DNA of 64,000 nucleotides, taken from assembly GCF_009914755.1 (NCBI RefSeq), contig NC_060935.1; one strand, 5' to 3'. Within the stretch, counting starts at the first letter, position 1. Each line of letters begins with the position of its first letter. Shown here piece by piece: positions 13,920 to 26,323 of this stretch. This stretch comes from the human T2T-CHM13v2.0 reference genome, Homo sapiens. Position numbers and translations under genes: made by a program. The notes under the pieces are model-generated. The model did no database searches. It saw only the letters and a list, made by a program, of their open reading frames with translations, and was not told the DNA's origin.

Positions 13920-14110
13920 GCAACCTGCTTTTGACATTTAGAGACTTATGACCTTGGATAAGTTACATAAATGTTTATAAATCTTTATTTTCTCGTCTGT
14001 ACAAAAAGGATAATAATATTACACATTTCACATGTTGTGAGAATTAAATGGGAAGACAATTTCTCACAATGCCCTAACAATATTAAACATTCAAATAATG
14101 CCAACTACTA
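13920..14110 (+). mobile_element. MIR fragment
   Basis: TGACCTTGGATAAGTTAC...TTTCTCGTCTGTACAAAAAGGATAATAAT...GTTGTGAGAATTAAATG. Confidence 0.65.
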
Positions 14111-14134
14111 TGAATAAAATAAGAATATAAAAAT

Positions 14135-14140
14135 TCTATC

Positions 14141-14188
<48 letters not shown>

Positions 14189-14208
14189 ATCCATCCATCC
14201 ATCCATCC
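14135..14208. repeat. Compound tetranucleotide STR: TCTA TCA (TCTA)8 (TCTT)3 TCTA (TCCA)4
   Basis: Counted directly from sequence. Confidence 0.95.
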
Positions 14209-15630
14209 TCAACTTCCAAGAGACTCCACAGAGGCAAATGAAATGACAAACTGCAAATATCATCAGCAGTCCACCAGTTTTGAAAATAACAACACCCACA
14301 GTCCTCTATATCATTTTATTCTCATCTAAATTAAATGTTTTACTTTACAACCTGACATGCCTTTTATATCGACCTCGATCAAAAACCTTCCAAAATAAGA
14401 TTGATTAACAAAACAATTTTAAAAACACCATCTGCCTTGTCTTCAATGAATAATAATTATGCCCATTGAATATGACATTACTATCGTTTATGGTAATTTG
14501 GAATATTTACTGTGCTTTGCATATTACTTTACAATCAAAATATTAGAAGCCTTTATAACTCTGTGAACCATGTGAAACTCAATGAGGCATTTCTTATAAA
14601 GCAGGATAATTTTGTTGTGAATATCTCACTAAGCTGACTTAATAATAATTTGTCTGCATTCTGAGAACTGATCTCAGCAGCTTTTATATATATGTGCTTT
14701 GAATTGTGAGTCATTTAGAGCACTGTAAAAATATAGCAATGCATTCAGGGTGTCAATGGCTCCTTGAACAAATTTAAACTAGTAAGAAAACCCAGATGAT
14801 CTACTAGTAATTGTGGGAATTGCTTTTCATTAAATTTAATATTGGACAAGATTGACTTTGTTCACTATCATGACATGGACTTATTGTCTATAGTATTCTA
14901 GTAACATTACATGGGGGTGCTCCTTTTCCTTTAATGAAGCAACAGGATGGAAAAACTAGTCATACCATTTTATGGCTGAGTGCAACAAAACTGCTGCACC
15001 TAACAGAGTATCGATTGAGGCAAGCAAATATATGAAGAAACAGTTGGGAACAGTCCCAGGACACCTGAGAAGTTAAGTGGCATTGCATGTTAGATTTTTG
15101 CAAAGTGTTCATGCAATTCCCTTAAGAATTGCTGTTACACCATTTCAGGTTATTTCCTTAGAATGAATATGCTGACAACTACCTATAAAACAATAAAGAG
15201 GTACTAAGAACAGAAGTTCCTCTGGCCTTAACAGAGTCCACAGAGTACCAAATGACTTTTTAAGCAAGATTATTTTTTTCCTGTAATCTATGGATAAAAT
15301 ATGTCCTAACTGCTATCTGTGGAACACATATTAAACAAGCTATTTGCTTGAATCATCTCTTGAATATCCCCTACTAGAGGTAATTTTTTTTCTTTTCTAT
15401 AAAAAAGAAAAATTAATTTTGAAATATATGTCAATAAGTAAGCTAAAATTTATTAATGTCAGATTTTCATAGGTGCTCAACGAATAGTCACAATTATTAT
15501 TTCATCTGGGTTTCTTTTAGAATTGTTTAAAATCACAGGGCTAGGGTGTTTTTTTTTTTCCTTTTAGTGAATTCACGCATACTAAGAAAAGTTTGAGAGA
15601 CAGATTTATTTGAAGAAAGCAAGACAAATC

Positions 15631-15717
15631 TTGCTTTCTTTCCTTATGTAAGGAATTTTCAACAAATACTTATTGCTTTCCTTCCTTAAGTAAGGAATTG
15701 TCAACAAATAGTTATTG
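15631..15717. repeat. 42-bp tandem duplication (2 copies)
   Basis: TTGCTTTCTTTCCTTATGTAAGGAATTTTCAACAAATACTTA at 15631 is repeated at 15673 with ~4 mismatches. Confidence 0.9.
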
Positions 15718-16108
15718 AAAATATGTAAAATACAACAGATACTCTCGATTATTTTTTCTAGCTGAGCAAATATAAGAAACCTGACTAGAAACCATACCTT
15801 CTGATTAAGAATTATTATATTGCACATTCAAAGGCTGAAAGTGTCAAAGTTTGTACAAATTATTTTCATATATTTTGCTAAATCCTTAAAATTTTATTCA
15901 GTATAGCTCTGGTTTTTTAATTAATAAGTTAATTCTTAAAAATTCTATACCCCCAGTATTCTGCTAAAGCCCTCCAATGTTTTGATATTAACTTTTCCTT
16001 TATTTCTTAGAGGAAACAAAATTGTGGAGACATATTTCCATATTTGATGCTAATTCCAGGTCCTTATCAAGATTTCTTAAGTTCCAATGAGGATCCATTG
16101 GACAAAAC

Positions 16109-16359
16109 TCCCTCTGATGCAAGGCTGGTTCAACATATGTAAATCAGTAAATGTAATTCATCACATAAACAGAATCGATGACAAAAAACACATGATAATC
16201 TCAATAGATGCAGAAAAGACCTTCAATATAATTCAACACCACTTCATGCAAAAACTCTCAATAAACTAGGTATTGATGGAATGTATCTCAAAATAATAAG
16301 AGCTATTTATGACAGACCCACAGCCAATATTATACCAAATGGGCAAATCCTGGAAGCAT
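16109..16359 (+). mobile_element. Isolated internal L1PA ORF2 (RT-region) fragment with no 3' end, poly(A) or TSD
   Basis: Collinear with 59545-59795 of the full-length L1 in this window; ORF track [19 protein letters not shown]...MIISIDAEK. Confidence 0.9.
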
Positions 16360-16599
16360 AATAATTATGCTTTATTCAATTTACATATAAACAAAAACAC
16401 CCCTCTCACTTGAGGAAATTCCTTTAGTTTGGAGTTCCTTCCTAGGAGCCAAGGAGAAAGACAGGAAAAATATTAATACATAGTATCTGTATTAATTTAT
16501 TTTCCTGAGTGTCAACATGAAGTGTCTGCCTCTGATTCTCTTGGACATCTGAAAGATGTCCACTTTCCCCTTGACATAACACAGTGTATTCCAGAGAGA

Positions 16600-19500
16600 C
16601 TCTGCACATAAGGAGTGTCAGTAATTCTGATAGGGTACTCTTAATATTATAGATGTACATGCTTTTCTTCTGCTAATTTTAGCATTATTTCCCTCATGTT
16701 GATCTTAGACCAGGGTTCCCCAACCCCCGGGCTATGGATTGGTACCAGTCTGTGGCCTGTTGGGAACCAGGCTGCACAGCAGGAAGTGAGTGGTAGGTGG
16801 ACAAGTGAAGCTTCATCCGTATTTACAGCCACTCCCCATCACTCACATTACTGCCTGAGTTCTACCTCCTGTCAGATCAGCAACGTCATTAGGTTCTCAT
16901 AGGAGCACAGGCCCTATTGTGAACGGTGTATGTGAGGGATCTAAGTTGCATGCTCCTTGAGAGAATCTAATGCCTGATGATCATAGGTGAAACAGTTTCA
17001 TCCCAAAACCATCCCCACCCTACCCTAGTCCCTGGAAAAATTATCTTCCTCAAAGCCCATCCCATGGGGACCACTCACTTAGACAGTCTGATGACTATGT
17101 ATCTAGTTAAGTCCATTTTGCAATGTATTTTACTAGCGTTTGTTGGGCCTCATATCTGGATGTCTAAATCTCACGCTAGGCTAGGAAAGTTTTCATCAAT
17201 TATTTCTTTAAATAGTTTTACTAAACTTTTTACTTTTTCTTCTCCTTCGAGAACCGATGAGTCATAAATCCAGTCATTTTATGTGGTCCCATACTTCTCA
17301 AAGGCTTAGTTTGTTTTTAAACTTAATTTTAATTTATTTGTGTGGCTGGATTACTTCTAAAGAGCTGTCTTCACGTCCTGAGATGCTCTCTTCTGCTTGG
17401 TCTAATCTATTGTCGAAACTTTCAAATGTATTTTGCAATTCCACCAATATTTCTTTTTTCCTTTTGAGAAGTTCTTCCTGTTTTTTTTAAGGTGCCTATC
17501 TCCTTGGTAAATTTTTAGTTTATGTCCTGAATTGATTTCTGATTTATTTACATTGCTTTTAAGATTTATCTTGCATCTCATTGAGCTTCTTTAAAAATCA
17601 ATATTTTGAATTATTTATTTGACATTTTGTAAACTTGTTTTTGGTTAGGATTTATTTCTAGAGAATTACTGTGTTTCTTTTGGGGTGCGATAACATCCTG
17701 CTTTTTCATATTCACAGTATTATTATTCTGATTTCTTTGTATCTGGAGAAACAGTTGCTTCTTATTTTTGAATTTACTTTATTTGCGGTGAGAATTTTTG
17801 TTGTTGTTGTTTTCCTTGAGGAAGTGACTGACGTATATTGAGTAAGGCTGTTTGGCTTTGCTTCTGAGTGCATTCAGTGATGAAGACTCTGTATGATTTC
17901 CTTTGTTATAAATAGCCTTAGTGTGATGGTTTTCTTGAATGCCGGTTGTCGCGGTGGTGTATCAATGGGTGAGTTGGTTTGCATTCTGGGTAGCAAGGAT
18001 GGTGTGGAGATGGTGGTAGCAGAGGTGGAAAGAAACTTGTCTTTTTTCTGAGTGCTGTGAACTTGTGTCTGCAGATATTGTAATGGACCCTGCGGTTTGA
18101 TCTCCAGGCCAGTAGGCGATGCTTGCACATAACAGCCAGGTGTGATAACTAAAGTTTATGTTTGGCATTTGTTATCTTGCAGAAATGCTCCAGTGTCCTA
18201 GATTGTGGGTTGGGCCCTGGAGTGCTCAGGCCTGGGTTCTGCCTTTCCTGTAGGAGGAGGGTGGTAAAACCGGGCAGAGCCGGACTAGGGAAGCCTGAAC
18301 TCAGGTCCCCCAGTGGTAGGTGCAAGCAGCAGCTCCTGCGGGGGTCACAGGGGAGTCTCCAGGCCCCTGGAGAAATAGCTGGGAGGTGATGTGTGGTCAC
18401 TGAGTTCTCTGCTCAGGGAGGAAGGGTCGTCCCAGCACCAATTTCTCAGCAGGCGGGAATGTGATCTGTTTCCCTCGTGTGCTCCTGTCCCACTGTTCAG
18501 GATATTTGGTTAGGTTAGGCAGTGCAGTTTGCTTCTAGACTGCAATGTGGCTCAGGGCTGTAGGAGACTCCAGCCCACTGGCTCAACACTAAACTTCTCT
18601 GGCACCTGGAAGTGGGTGCAATGTGGAATCTCTGCTCATAGCCCTAAACACCCAGACCTTGGGCTCTCCTGCTCTCTGTGATAGCAGCGCTGCAGCTCCA
18701 TGCCGAGAGGGAAGGGTGCAAGCCCAGGCCAGGAGGCCATGCTGCCACTAGAGTTGCAATCACCCCTCAAAGCCAGATGGGCCACCTGCTGGCTTGCTTG
18801 CCCCAGCTTTCCAGTGCAGCAGCAGGGACCATGCCTTCAGGGGTGTGTGAAAGCTGGAGAGTATTCTTGTTCTCTACTCCTACGTCCCAGCAAGCACAGT
18901 CCGCTTGCCCAGTAGAAGGGGATTTAACCCTTCACCTTTAAAGCCCAGCACACAGTTTGTCTGCTGAAGTCAGAGTCACTTTGCACAGCCCAGAACAGGA
19001 GCTCTCAGGCTCTCTTGCTCTCTGTGGCAGCAGTGCTACAGGGCTGTAAAGAGTGGGAGAGGGCCCCAACTTCGTTTTAAGTGCAGGTCTGGAGGCTATG
19101 CCATCAGTGGGGTCACAGTTGCCACTCTTGCCTGAGAGAGGCAGCCCTCTGGCTCAACCATGTCAACTTCCTATGCCAGTAATAGAGGCTGTGCCTGCAT
19201 CAATATGCAGAAGGGGAGGAGGAATCTCCTTCCCTAGGCCTGCATTGAAGCACAGAAGCTACTCAGCTGGTTGGAGGGGATTTCACTCTTCACTTAGAGA
19301 AGCATGGGCAGGGAGTTTGTGCCCATGCTGGAAGCAGGGTCACTTTTCACAGACCCAAGCAGGGAGCTCTTGGGTATGATTTCCTTTGTCCCAAGAGCTA
19401 TCTTTTTGGTGTGCTGCCCTCTCCTGTCTCCTAGGAGTGGCACTTCCTGAGGGGTAGATTACTGGGAACCCTGTAGTTCCTTTGGGTCCAGCTCACACTG

Positions 19501-20040
19501 TGTTGCTGCAGCCCTCTGTGCAGGTAGTGAGGAATGTCAGCAGAAGCTCCCAGAATGTGGACATACAAAGGCTAGAGTTCCAAGGGCAAGATTCAGCCCC
19601 CTGAAGGCTTTGTGCCACACAGCCACTGGAGTCTTGCAGGGAGAGCGAGTGAGTGAGTGACCCAACATGAGTTCACAGTCTGGGGCAATGCCCTCAAGGG
19701 GTCTCCAGGTCACCACCCACACTACTGTCAGGGTTTGGGAAGGCAGAGGAGTTCTCTCCTAGGTGGAATCCTGGCAGGCTGCAGCAGGGATGAGGGCCAC
19801 CAAAACACTCTCACCCTTTCCATGCAATACAGGCTCCTAGGGATCTCATCAGAGATGGGGGTCATGCTTCCCTCTTTTTCTGTTTCGCAGGTTTTTTCAT
19901 TGGTTTTCCTTTAGTTTCTAATGTTCTCTACTTCATATTGTATTTGAGGTATGGTAATATATGAATAGCAATATTCATAAAAGTGCTGCTTCTTTCTAGA
20001 GAGAACTGACATGTCTGGTTAGCAGTGTTTAACCTATCTT
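16600..20040 (-). mobile_element. Old LINE-1 5' half (L1PB/L1MA, L1M1-type 5' UTR plus decayed ORF1), interrupted by MER1
   Basis: Reverse ORF1 motifs (CTGGATGTCTAAATCTC..GCTAGGCTAGGAAAGTTTTC, TCTTCTGCTTGGTCTA) and GC-richer UTR with diverged ~345-bp internal repeats (18651, 18986, 19350). Confidence 0.75.
16711..17076 (+). mobile_element. MER1 (MER1A/B) hAT-Charlie element nested in L1 ORF1
   Basis: TIRs CAGGGTTCCCCAACC / TGGGGACCACTC; 8-bp TSD TCTTAGAC (16703) and ACTTAGAC (17077). Confidence 0.9.
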
Positions 20041-20052
20041 AAAATCTAAAGT

Positions 20053-20150
20053 ACAACCCTAAATCAGGAGTGTACCTGGTGTGTTGAAGGAAATACAGAA
20101 GAGTAACTTGACTCAGGAGGGAGTGACGGAAGGGGAGAGCGGTAGGTATG
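20053..20150 (-). mobile_element. L2 fragment
   Basis: CCCTAAATCAGGAGTGTACCTGGTGTGTTGAAGGAA...GGAGTGACGGAAGGGGAGAG resembles reverse L2. Confidence 0.45.
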
Positions 20151-21276
20151 ATATTTGTCAATCTCAGTACTAGTGTCTAATGACTTTAGACATCATTGAC
20201 CTATAGAAAACAATAAGAATTTAAGTAATTTCTAACAACTAAGTATTTTTTTATTGTTCTCCTGCCAGTATCTCTTTCTCTAATTATTCTTCTGTTTTCT
20301 TCCTTCTTTTGTTCTCCTCTTGATTTATGTTTTCCTGAAAACAGTGCAATTAATTATACTTTAAAACTAATGTCATGTTATTTGCATTATGAATTTCTGA
20401 AGAATTATAATCTGTTTTTTAAGTGTCATTTCAAAATGTAACATTTTATTCCTTTGCTTAGACTTTCAAATGCTGTTTTATCATATTTATTCTTTCAATT
20501 TAATTTTTCCCTTTAGGTATTTAACAGTCAATAACACTTTAGCCAAAGAGCCTCTAATATGAAGAAATCCTAAACATAGTCTATAGAGTTTCTCCTTCAT
20601 TTATTTTGGTCGTCAGTCATACACCACATCATCACATCAGGAGGTATCATTTATCTTAATATATTTAGTATCTCTCCTAATAGAAATGCCCCCAAAATAG
20701 ATGTTTTGTTTTTCTTTTATTATTAAAAGTAATGGAAGATTACCAAATAGGGGAAATGCCTATTCTTCTTTATTTGGTGCTGAATTTTGAAGTTATACAT
20801 ATGAGAGGCAATTAATAAAAAGAAAATACAAATAGCAAACACTGTCTGAAATGTTTACCAATTTGAGAGATAAAAAATACATATGAAAACTAACAAGGCA
20901 ATATTTTATATTAACTAAACAACCAAAATAATAATTGTAATGCCTACTGCTATCAAAGTTTTAAAGAAAGTACTCCTAGCATCATAAATTGATAGAAACA
21001 CTTCAAAAAGCAATGAGGTAATGTGAAGCAATAGCTACAAAGACATTTAAATAGTTTGACCTAGTAAGATGGCTCTAGGAAACTTATTCAGAATGTAACT
21101 CATGGAAACAAAGTAAAATGCCCAGTCTCATTAAAAGAAAACCAAAATACTACAAATAGCCAAATTGCACAACAATACTGTGATTGTATGTTATTACAAC
21201 CAGCAGTTATATATTCATTAAATTTATAATTCTTATGAAGATTAATGAAATTTCTATAAGACTTTTAGTTTAAAAG

Positions 21277-22470
21277 TCTTGGGTAGGAGAGATGAAATGC
21301 AACACAGTGACAAAAATGCCTCAGCTACCCATATAGCATATATGGTTTGTCTCTGGACACAAGGATCCCTAAGTTCCTGTATTTTACCCATAACTTGTAG
21401 GTTAATAGGATTTTTACTGTATCATCTGGCAAAAGCACACTCCATTTCAGGATTATTTCCAATCTCCTAATAGTCTCTCTTTCTATTGCTTTCTATCACT
21501 TCCAAATTTTACTCTATATTTCTGTTATGTGACCTTTCTAACACAAAAGCATGTCAAAATGGTTTAATAGACTCTTACTTCCAGGGCAAAGTCCACATTT
21601 TTTGAGTAACATATGAAACACTCTTGCTGTCTGATCTGTATCAGTTAAAGTCACTCCCGTATCAAAGTGTTTTCATCAAAGATTTATGTTGTGCCAACAA
21701 TTAATCCCACTCAAGTAACTGGGTATAGGCCTTACAGGGAAGAGTGTGTCCTCCAGCAAGGTAGCTCTTTGCAGCTGAGACAAACCATGATGGATCTGTT
21801 ATCTGGCAGCTGTCTGCAGATTGCTGGGACCACAAGTCTATTCTTGATGATGATTGGGCAGATACTCTCCATGTCCACCCTATTTCATCCACTGTGCTAT
21901 TCACATCCAGTTTTTCATATCTGTTTGGGCAACAGCTCCTCCAAAATTCCAGAGAGATTTTTTTTCCTTGGGTGACTCAGAAGAGGAAAGTTACTGTGAT
22001 TACTGTGATGACCCACAGCCCCTACCACTGCAGCTGGTCTCTGAGCAGAAACCTATACTCGTTTGCTTCCTCTTTTATCCATTCTAAATCCCCCTTGTCC
22101 TCAACTACAATCTCTGCTAGTTTCAGTGACTTAGGTGATATGACCAGTTTCTCACTTTTGAGACAACCAGATACCTGTTTACTATGCTCTTTTTAGACCA
22201 GGGTTGTGGCATTACCATCATATCTGGGAAAGAGGCTCCCAAGTGTAACATCAAGTTGTCAATCATATTCCTCTCCATATGCTTTGTCGAACAACAGCCC
22301 TACCTTGTCCTCTTGATCAGCAGCCCTTGTCAAAATTATGACATTTCATATAGACTGCTTGTCTCTGGACACAAGGATCCCTAAGTTCCTGTATTTTACA
22401 CATAACTTGTAGGTTAATAGGATTTTTACTGTGTCTTCTGGCAAAAGCACACTCCATTTCAGGATTATTT
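21277..22470 (-). mobile_element. ERVL remnant: LTR40-like LTR plus ERV3-16A3-like internal sequence, interrupted at ~21340-21668 by a duplicated segment
   Basis: GCCTCAGCTACCC; GCTCTTTGCAGCTGAGACAA; CTGTCTGC..ACAAGTC..TGTCCACC (LTR40-like end); then CAGCTCCTCCAAAATTC...GACCAGGGTTGTGGC. Confidence 0.55.
21347..21668 (+). repeat. Copy 1 of a 322-bp non-tandem direct duplication (partner 22359-22682)
   Basis: Direct comparison gives ~8 substitutions plus one 2-bp indel (~97% identity). Confidence 0.97.
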
Positions 22471-22682
22471 CCAAACTCCCAATAGTCTTTCTCTTTCTAT
22501 TGCTTTCTATCACTTCCAAATTTTACTCTATATTTCTGTTATGTGACCTTGCTAACACACAAGCATGTCAAAATGGTTTAATAGACTCTTACTTCCAGGG
22601 CAATGTCCACATTTTTTGAGTAACATATGAAACACTCTTGCTGTCTGATCTGTATCAGTTAAAGTCACTCCCGTATCAAAGT
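22359..22682 (+). repeat. Copy 2 (likely donor) of the 322-bp duplication
   Basis: Same sequence from TTGTCTCTGGACACAAGG to CCGTATCAAAGT. Confidence 0.97.
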
Positions 22683-22887
22683 CTTATACATATTTTATAT
22701 TCCTTTAACATAAGCTTCTTGAGGTATCTTATGTATTGAATACACAATATTAAGTAACACTGTCTTACTTCTCTTCTGTAGCTTAGGGTGTGAGCTCCAT
22801 AATAGAGTTAGCCATGTAGAGGGAGAATTGTCCCCAAGGGGGTCATTGATTAAAGCGACACATATATTTGTGTTAGCTCATGGTGGC

Positions 22888-22924
22888 TGTATTAGACAGG
22901 GTTCTCCAGAGGAACAGAACCAAT

Positions 22925-22975
<51 letters not shown>

Positions 22976-23468
22976 TTTCTACAACGAATTAGCTTATACG
23001 GTTATGGGCACTGGCAAATCTCAAGATCTTCAGGATGAATAGGCAAGCTGGAGATCGAGGAGAACTTACAATATAGTTCCAGTCTACATCTGAGAGCCTG
23101 AGAATCAGGAAAGCCAATGGTATGGTTGAAGTCTGAAGGTCAGAAGGCTCAAGAGCCAGAAATAGCTAATGTTGAAATTTGACTCCAAAGGTAGGAAAGA
23201 AACTGATGTATCAGTTTAAAAGCAGTCAGGCATGAAGAAGAAGTTTCTCTTAATCCGGAGAAGATAAATCATTTTGTTTTATTCAGGACTTCAACTAATG
23301 AGATGAGGCCCACTTGCATTAGGAGAGAAATATGATTACTCAGTCTATCAACTTAAATGTTAATCTTATATAAAAACATACTGACAGAAGCACAAAGAAT
23401 AAAATGTTTGATGAAATATCTGAACACCTTGTATCCCAGTCAAGTTGACAGATACAATTACTATCATA
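22888..23468 (-). mobile_element. ERVL solo LTR, MLT2C/MLT2D-like, containing (TG)22 at 22929-22972
   Basis: TGTATTAGACAGGGTTCTCCAGAGGAACAGAACCAATAGG ... CCCAGTCAAGTTGACAGATACAATTACTATCA. Confidence 0.8.
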
Positions 23469-23631
23469 GTGGCTAGGTGATTCCAAGTAACAACTGAGTT
23501 ATACACTTTGTTGCTAAAACTTAGAATAGATGTGAACATATGTCAATGAAAATTGACCTAACAAAATAGTGAAAAGATAGAACAATACCAAAATTCATTT
23601 AATTGACTGTACACTAAGAAAAACAGGATTA

Positions 23632-24080
<449 letters not shown>

Positions 24081-25090
24081 CTATGCAATTAAGCTAATTT
24101 TTTAAAAAAGTATCTGTAGCTTCATCCTAACCACTGGTAATAATTGGGTCCAAGATATGACCAAATAAGCTGTGTGCCATGTTTTATGTACTATAATTTT
24201 CATCATAAGAGGCATTTAATAAAACTTGCAGCCAAAGCAAATTATACCTAGAGTTGGAGTAGAGAAATACAAAAAAGATTTAGTTTTCTGTGGAGTAGAA
24301 ATAGCTAACACAGCTTTCTTAGATCCTAGGTGAAGTAGAATAAATAAAACATTCCACATTCTTGTGCTGTATTTAAAAATAACATTCTGATTGCTAGCAG
24401 ACTTTCCAGGTTGCTAAATACTAAGCAAAAAAAAAAAAAAATACATCTTTTCAAGGAACCCAAGGATTTTAGTTACTAAAGAAGAAATACCTTGACTCTT
24501 TTGTTCTCTCATTTTTACGTTCTCTTGATTCAAAAGGCTTTTAAATATCTAAGAAAAAAATCATAATTATAAAGGCAGAGAAACAGAGTAGGATTGCCAT
24601 AAATCAACTTATGTTTTGACTTAGGAAAGTTCTGCATGAATAGACAGCTATCAAAAATAACCTCTCTCGTTTCATCTCCCACAGTGTCTTTTCAGGTGCT
24701 TGTATGATTTGTTCTTTCAATTTGTTGGCATGGCTCTTACAAAGCCTTTGGAAATATTGAAACATTGTTCAAGATGGACATGAGGATAATGTAAATCATG
24801 TTGCTATGTTATAGTAAACTAATGTTAATTTACTGTTATTTTTCTAAAGAAATAAAGAAGCCATTTGAAAACCTTCCAGGACAGGTGAAAGCTTTTCTGA
24901 ATAGTTAATGGGTATTAGAAATCAAATTATATGAATGTTCATATATTCAGTACACCTTTTAAGAAACAGTGAGCACTCAAAATTCTTTACTCTGTTCCTT
25001 GGCATTACTGATCTTAAAATTCTGCTTCCAGCTTGTTAACAGCTGTCTACCTCACATACCACTTTTTCCACACATTTAACATATATCTAT

Positions 25091-25475
25091 TGACATGGTT
25101 TGACTGTTTCCCCATCCAAAATCTCATCTTGAATTGTAGTCCCCATCATTCCCATAATCCTCACATGTCAAGGGGGAAGCCAGGTGGAGGTAATTAAATC
25201 ATGGAGGCAGTTTCCCCATGTGTTCTCATGATAGTGAGTGAGTTCTCATGAGATCTGATGGTTTTATAAATGTGTGGTAGTTCCTCCTGTGTTCTTTCTC
25301 CTTCCCGCCATCTTGTGAAGAAGGTCCCTTGCTTCCCCTTCACCCTCTGCTATGATCGTAAGTTTTCTGAGGCCTCCCCAGACATGCTAAACTGTGACTC
25401 AATTATACCTCTTTCATTTATAAATTACCCAGTCTCAGGCAGTTCTTTATAGCAGTGTGAAAATGGATTAATACA
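25091..25475 (+). mobile_element. THE1D-like solo LTR (ERVL-MaLR)
   Basis: TGACATGGTTTG...GGATTAATACA with 5-bp TSD TCTAT (25086, 25476). Confidence 0.9.
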
Positions 25476-25791
25476 TCTATTAAACAAAACTTGTCCTCAG
25501 TGTGAAAGTCGAAGCTTAAAGGTTTGCTATGAATGGTTGAAAGTAGCAATGCTATGTTTTGGCTAATAACTAGGTATGGAATGGTGTTATATAGAGTGAG
25601 GAAGAACAATAGGCAATAGGAGCAAAACATTTATTTCTTAATTGAGCAGCAATCCAGATATGAGTCTTTCACATGCAACAGTAGATGGCCCACTTTTCCA
25701 TCAAAATGTCTCTGACATTGAAACAGGATACTGCAACAGAGAACAGAGACCCAGAGTGTCTGTCTACGTCAGGAAGATTGGAAAAAGTCAT

Positions 25792-26323
25792 TGTATTAGG
25801 GTTCTCTAGAGGGATAGAACTAATAGGATAGATGTACATATGAAAGGGAGTTTATTAAGGAGGATCACAAGGTGAAGTCCCACAATAGGCCATCCGCAAG
25901 CTGAGGAGCAGGGAAGCCAGCCCAAGTCCCAAAATCTCAAAAGTAGGGAAGTCAGCTATGCAGCCTTCAGTCTGTGACTGAAGGCTCAAGAGCCCCTGGC
26001 AAACCACTAGTGTAAGTCCAAGAGTCCAAAAGCTGAAGAAGTTGGAGTCTGATGTTCAAGGGCAAGAAGCACCCAGCACGGGAGAGAGCTAAAGGCTGGA
26101 AGACTCTGCAAGTCAAGTCTTCCCACTTTCTTCTCCCTGCTTTATTCTAGCTGTGCTGGCAGCTGATTAGATGGTGCCCACCCAGGTTGGGGGTGGGTCT
26201 GCTTTTCCAGCCCACTGACTCAAAATGTTAACCTCGTTTGGCAACACCCTCACAGACACACCCAGGAACAATACTTTGCATCCTTCAATCCATTCAGGTT
26301 GCCACTCAGTATTAACCATCACA
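25792..26323 (-). mobile_element. MLT2A2-like (HERV-L) solo LTR
   Basis: TGTATTAGGGTTCTCTAGAGGGA...GGCAGCTGATTAGATGGTGCCCACCCAG...ATTAACCATCACA; 5-bp TSD GTCAT (25787, 26324). Confidence 0.9.

Noticed and set aside
14036-14069. 9-bp inverted repeat TTGTGAGAA / TTCTCACAA in a MIR
   Set aside because: Short arms with a 16-nt spacer; compatible with chance
15606-15827. ORF with repeated peptide IPYLRKES/IPYIRKES
   Set aside because: By-product of the 42-bp (multiple of 3) tandem duplication
16462-16507. Imperfect ~19-bp AT-rich hairpin (CAGGAAAAATATTAATACA / TGTATTAATTTATTTTCCTG) as a miRNA or MITE
   Set aside because: Too short and AT-rich, no TSD, and only 9 bp of contiguous perfect core
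21347-22682. Novel small LTR element (TRIM-like) formed by two 322-bp direct repeats around 690 bp
   Set aside because: No TG..CA termini, TSD, PBS or PPT; the repeat and the interior are continuous old ERVL sequence, so a local duplication explains it better
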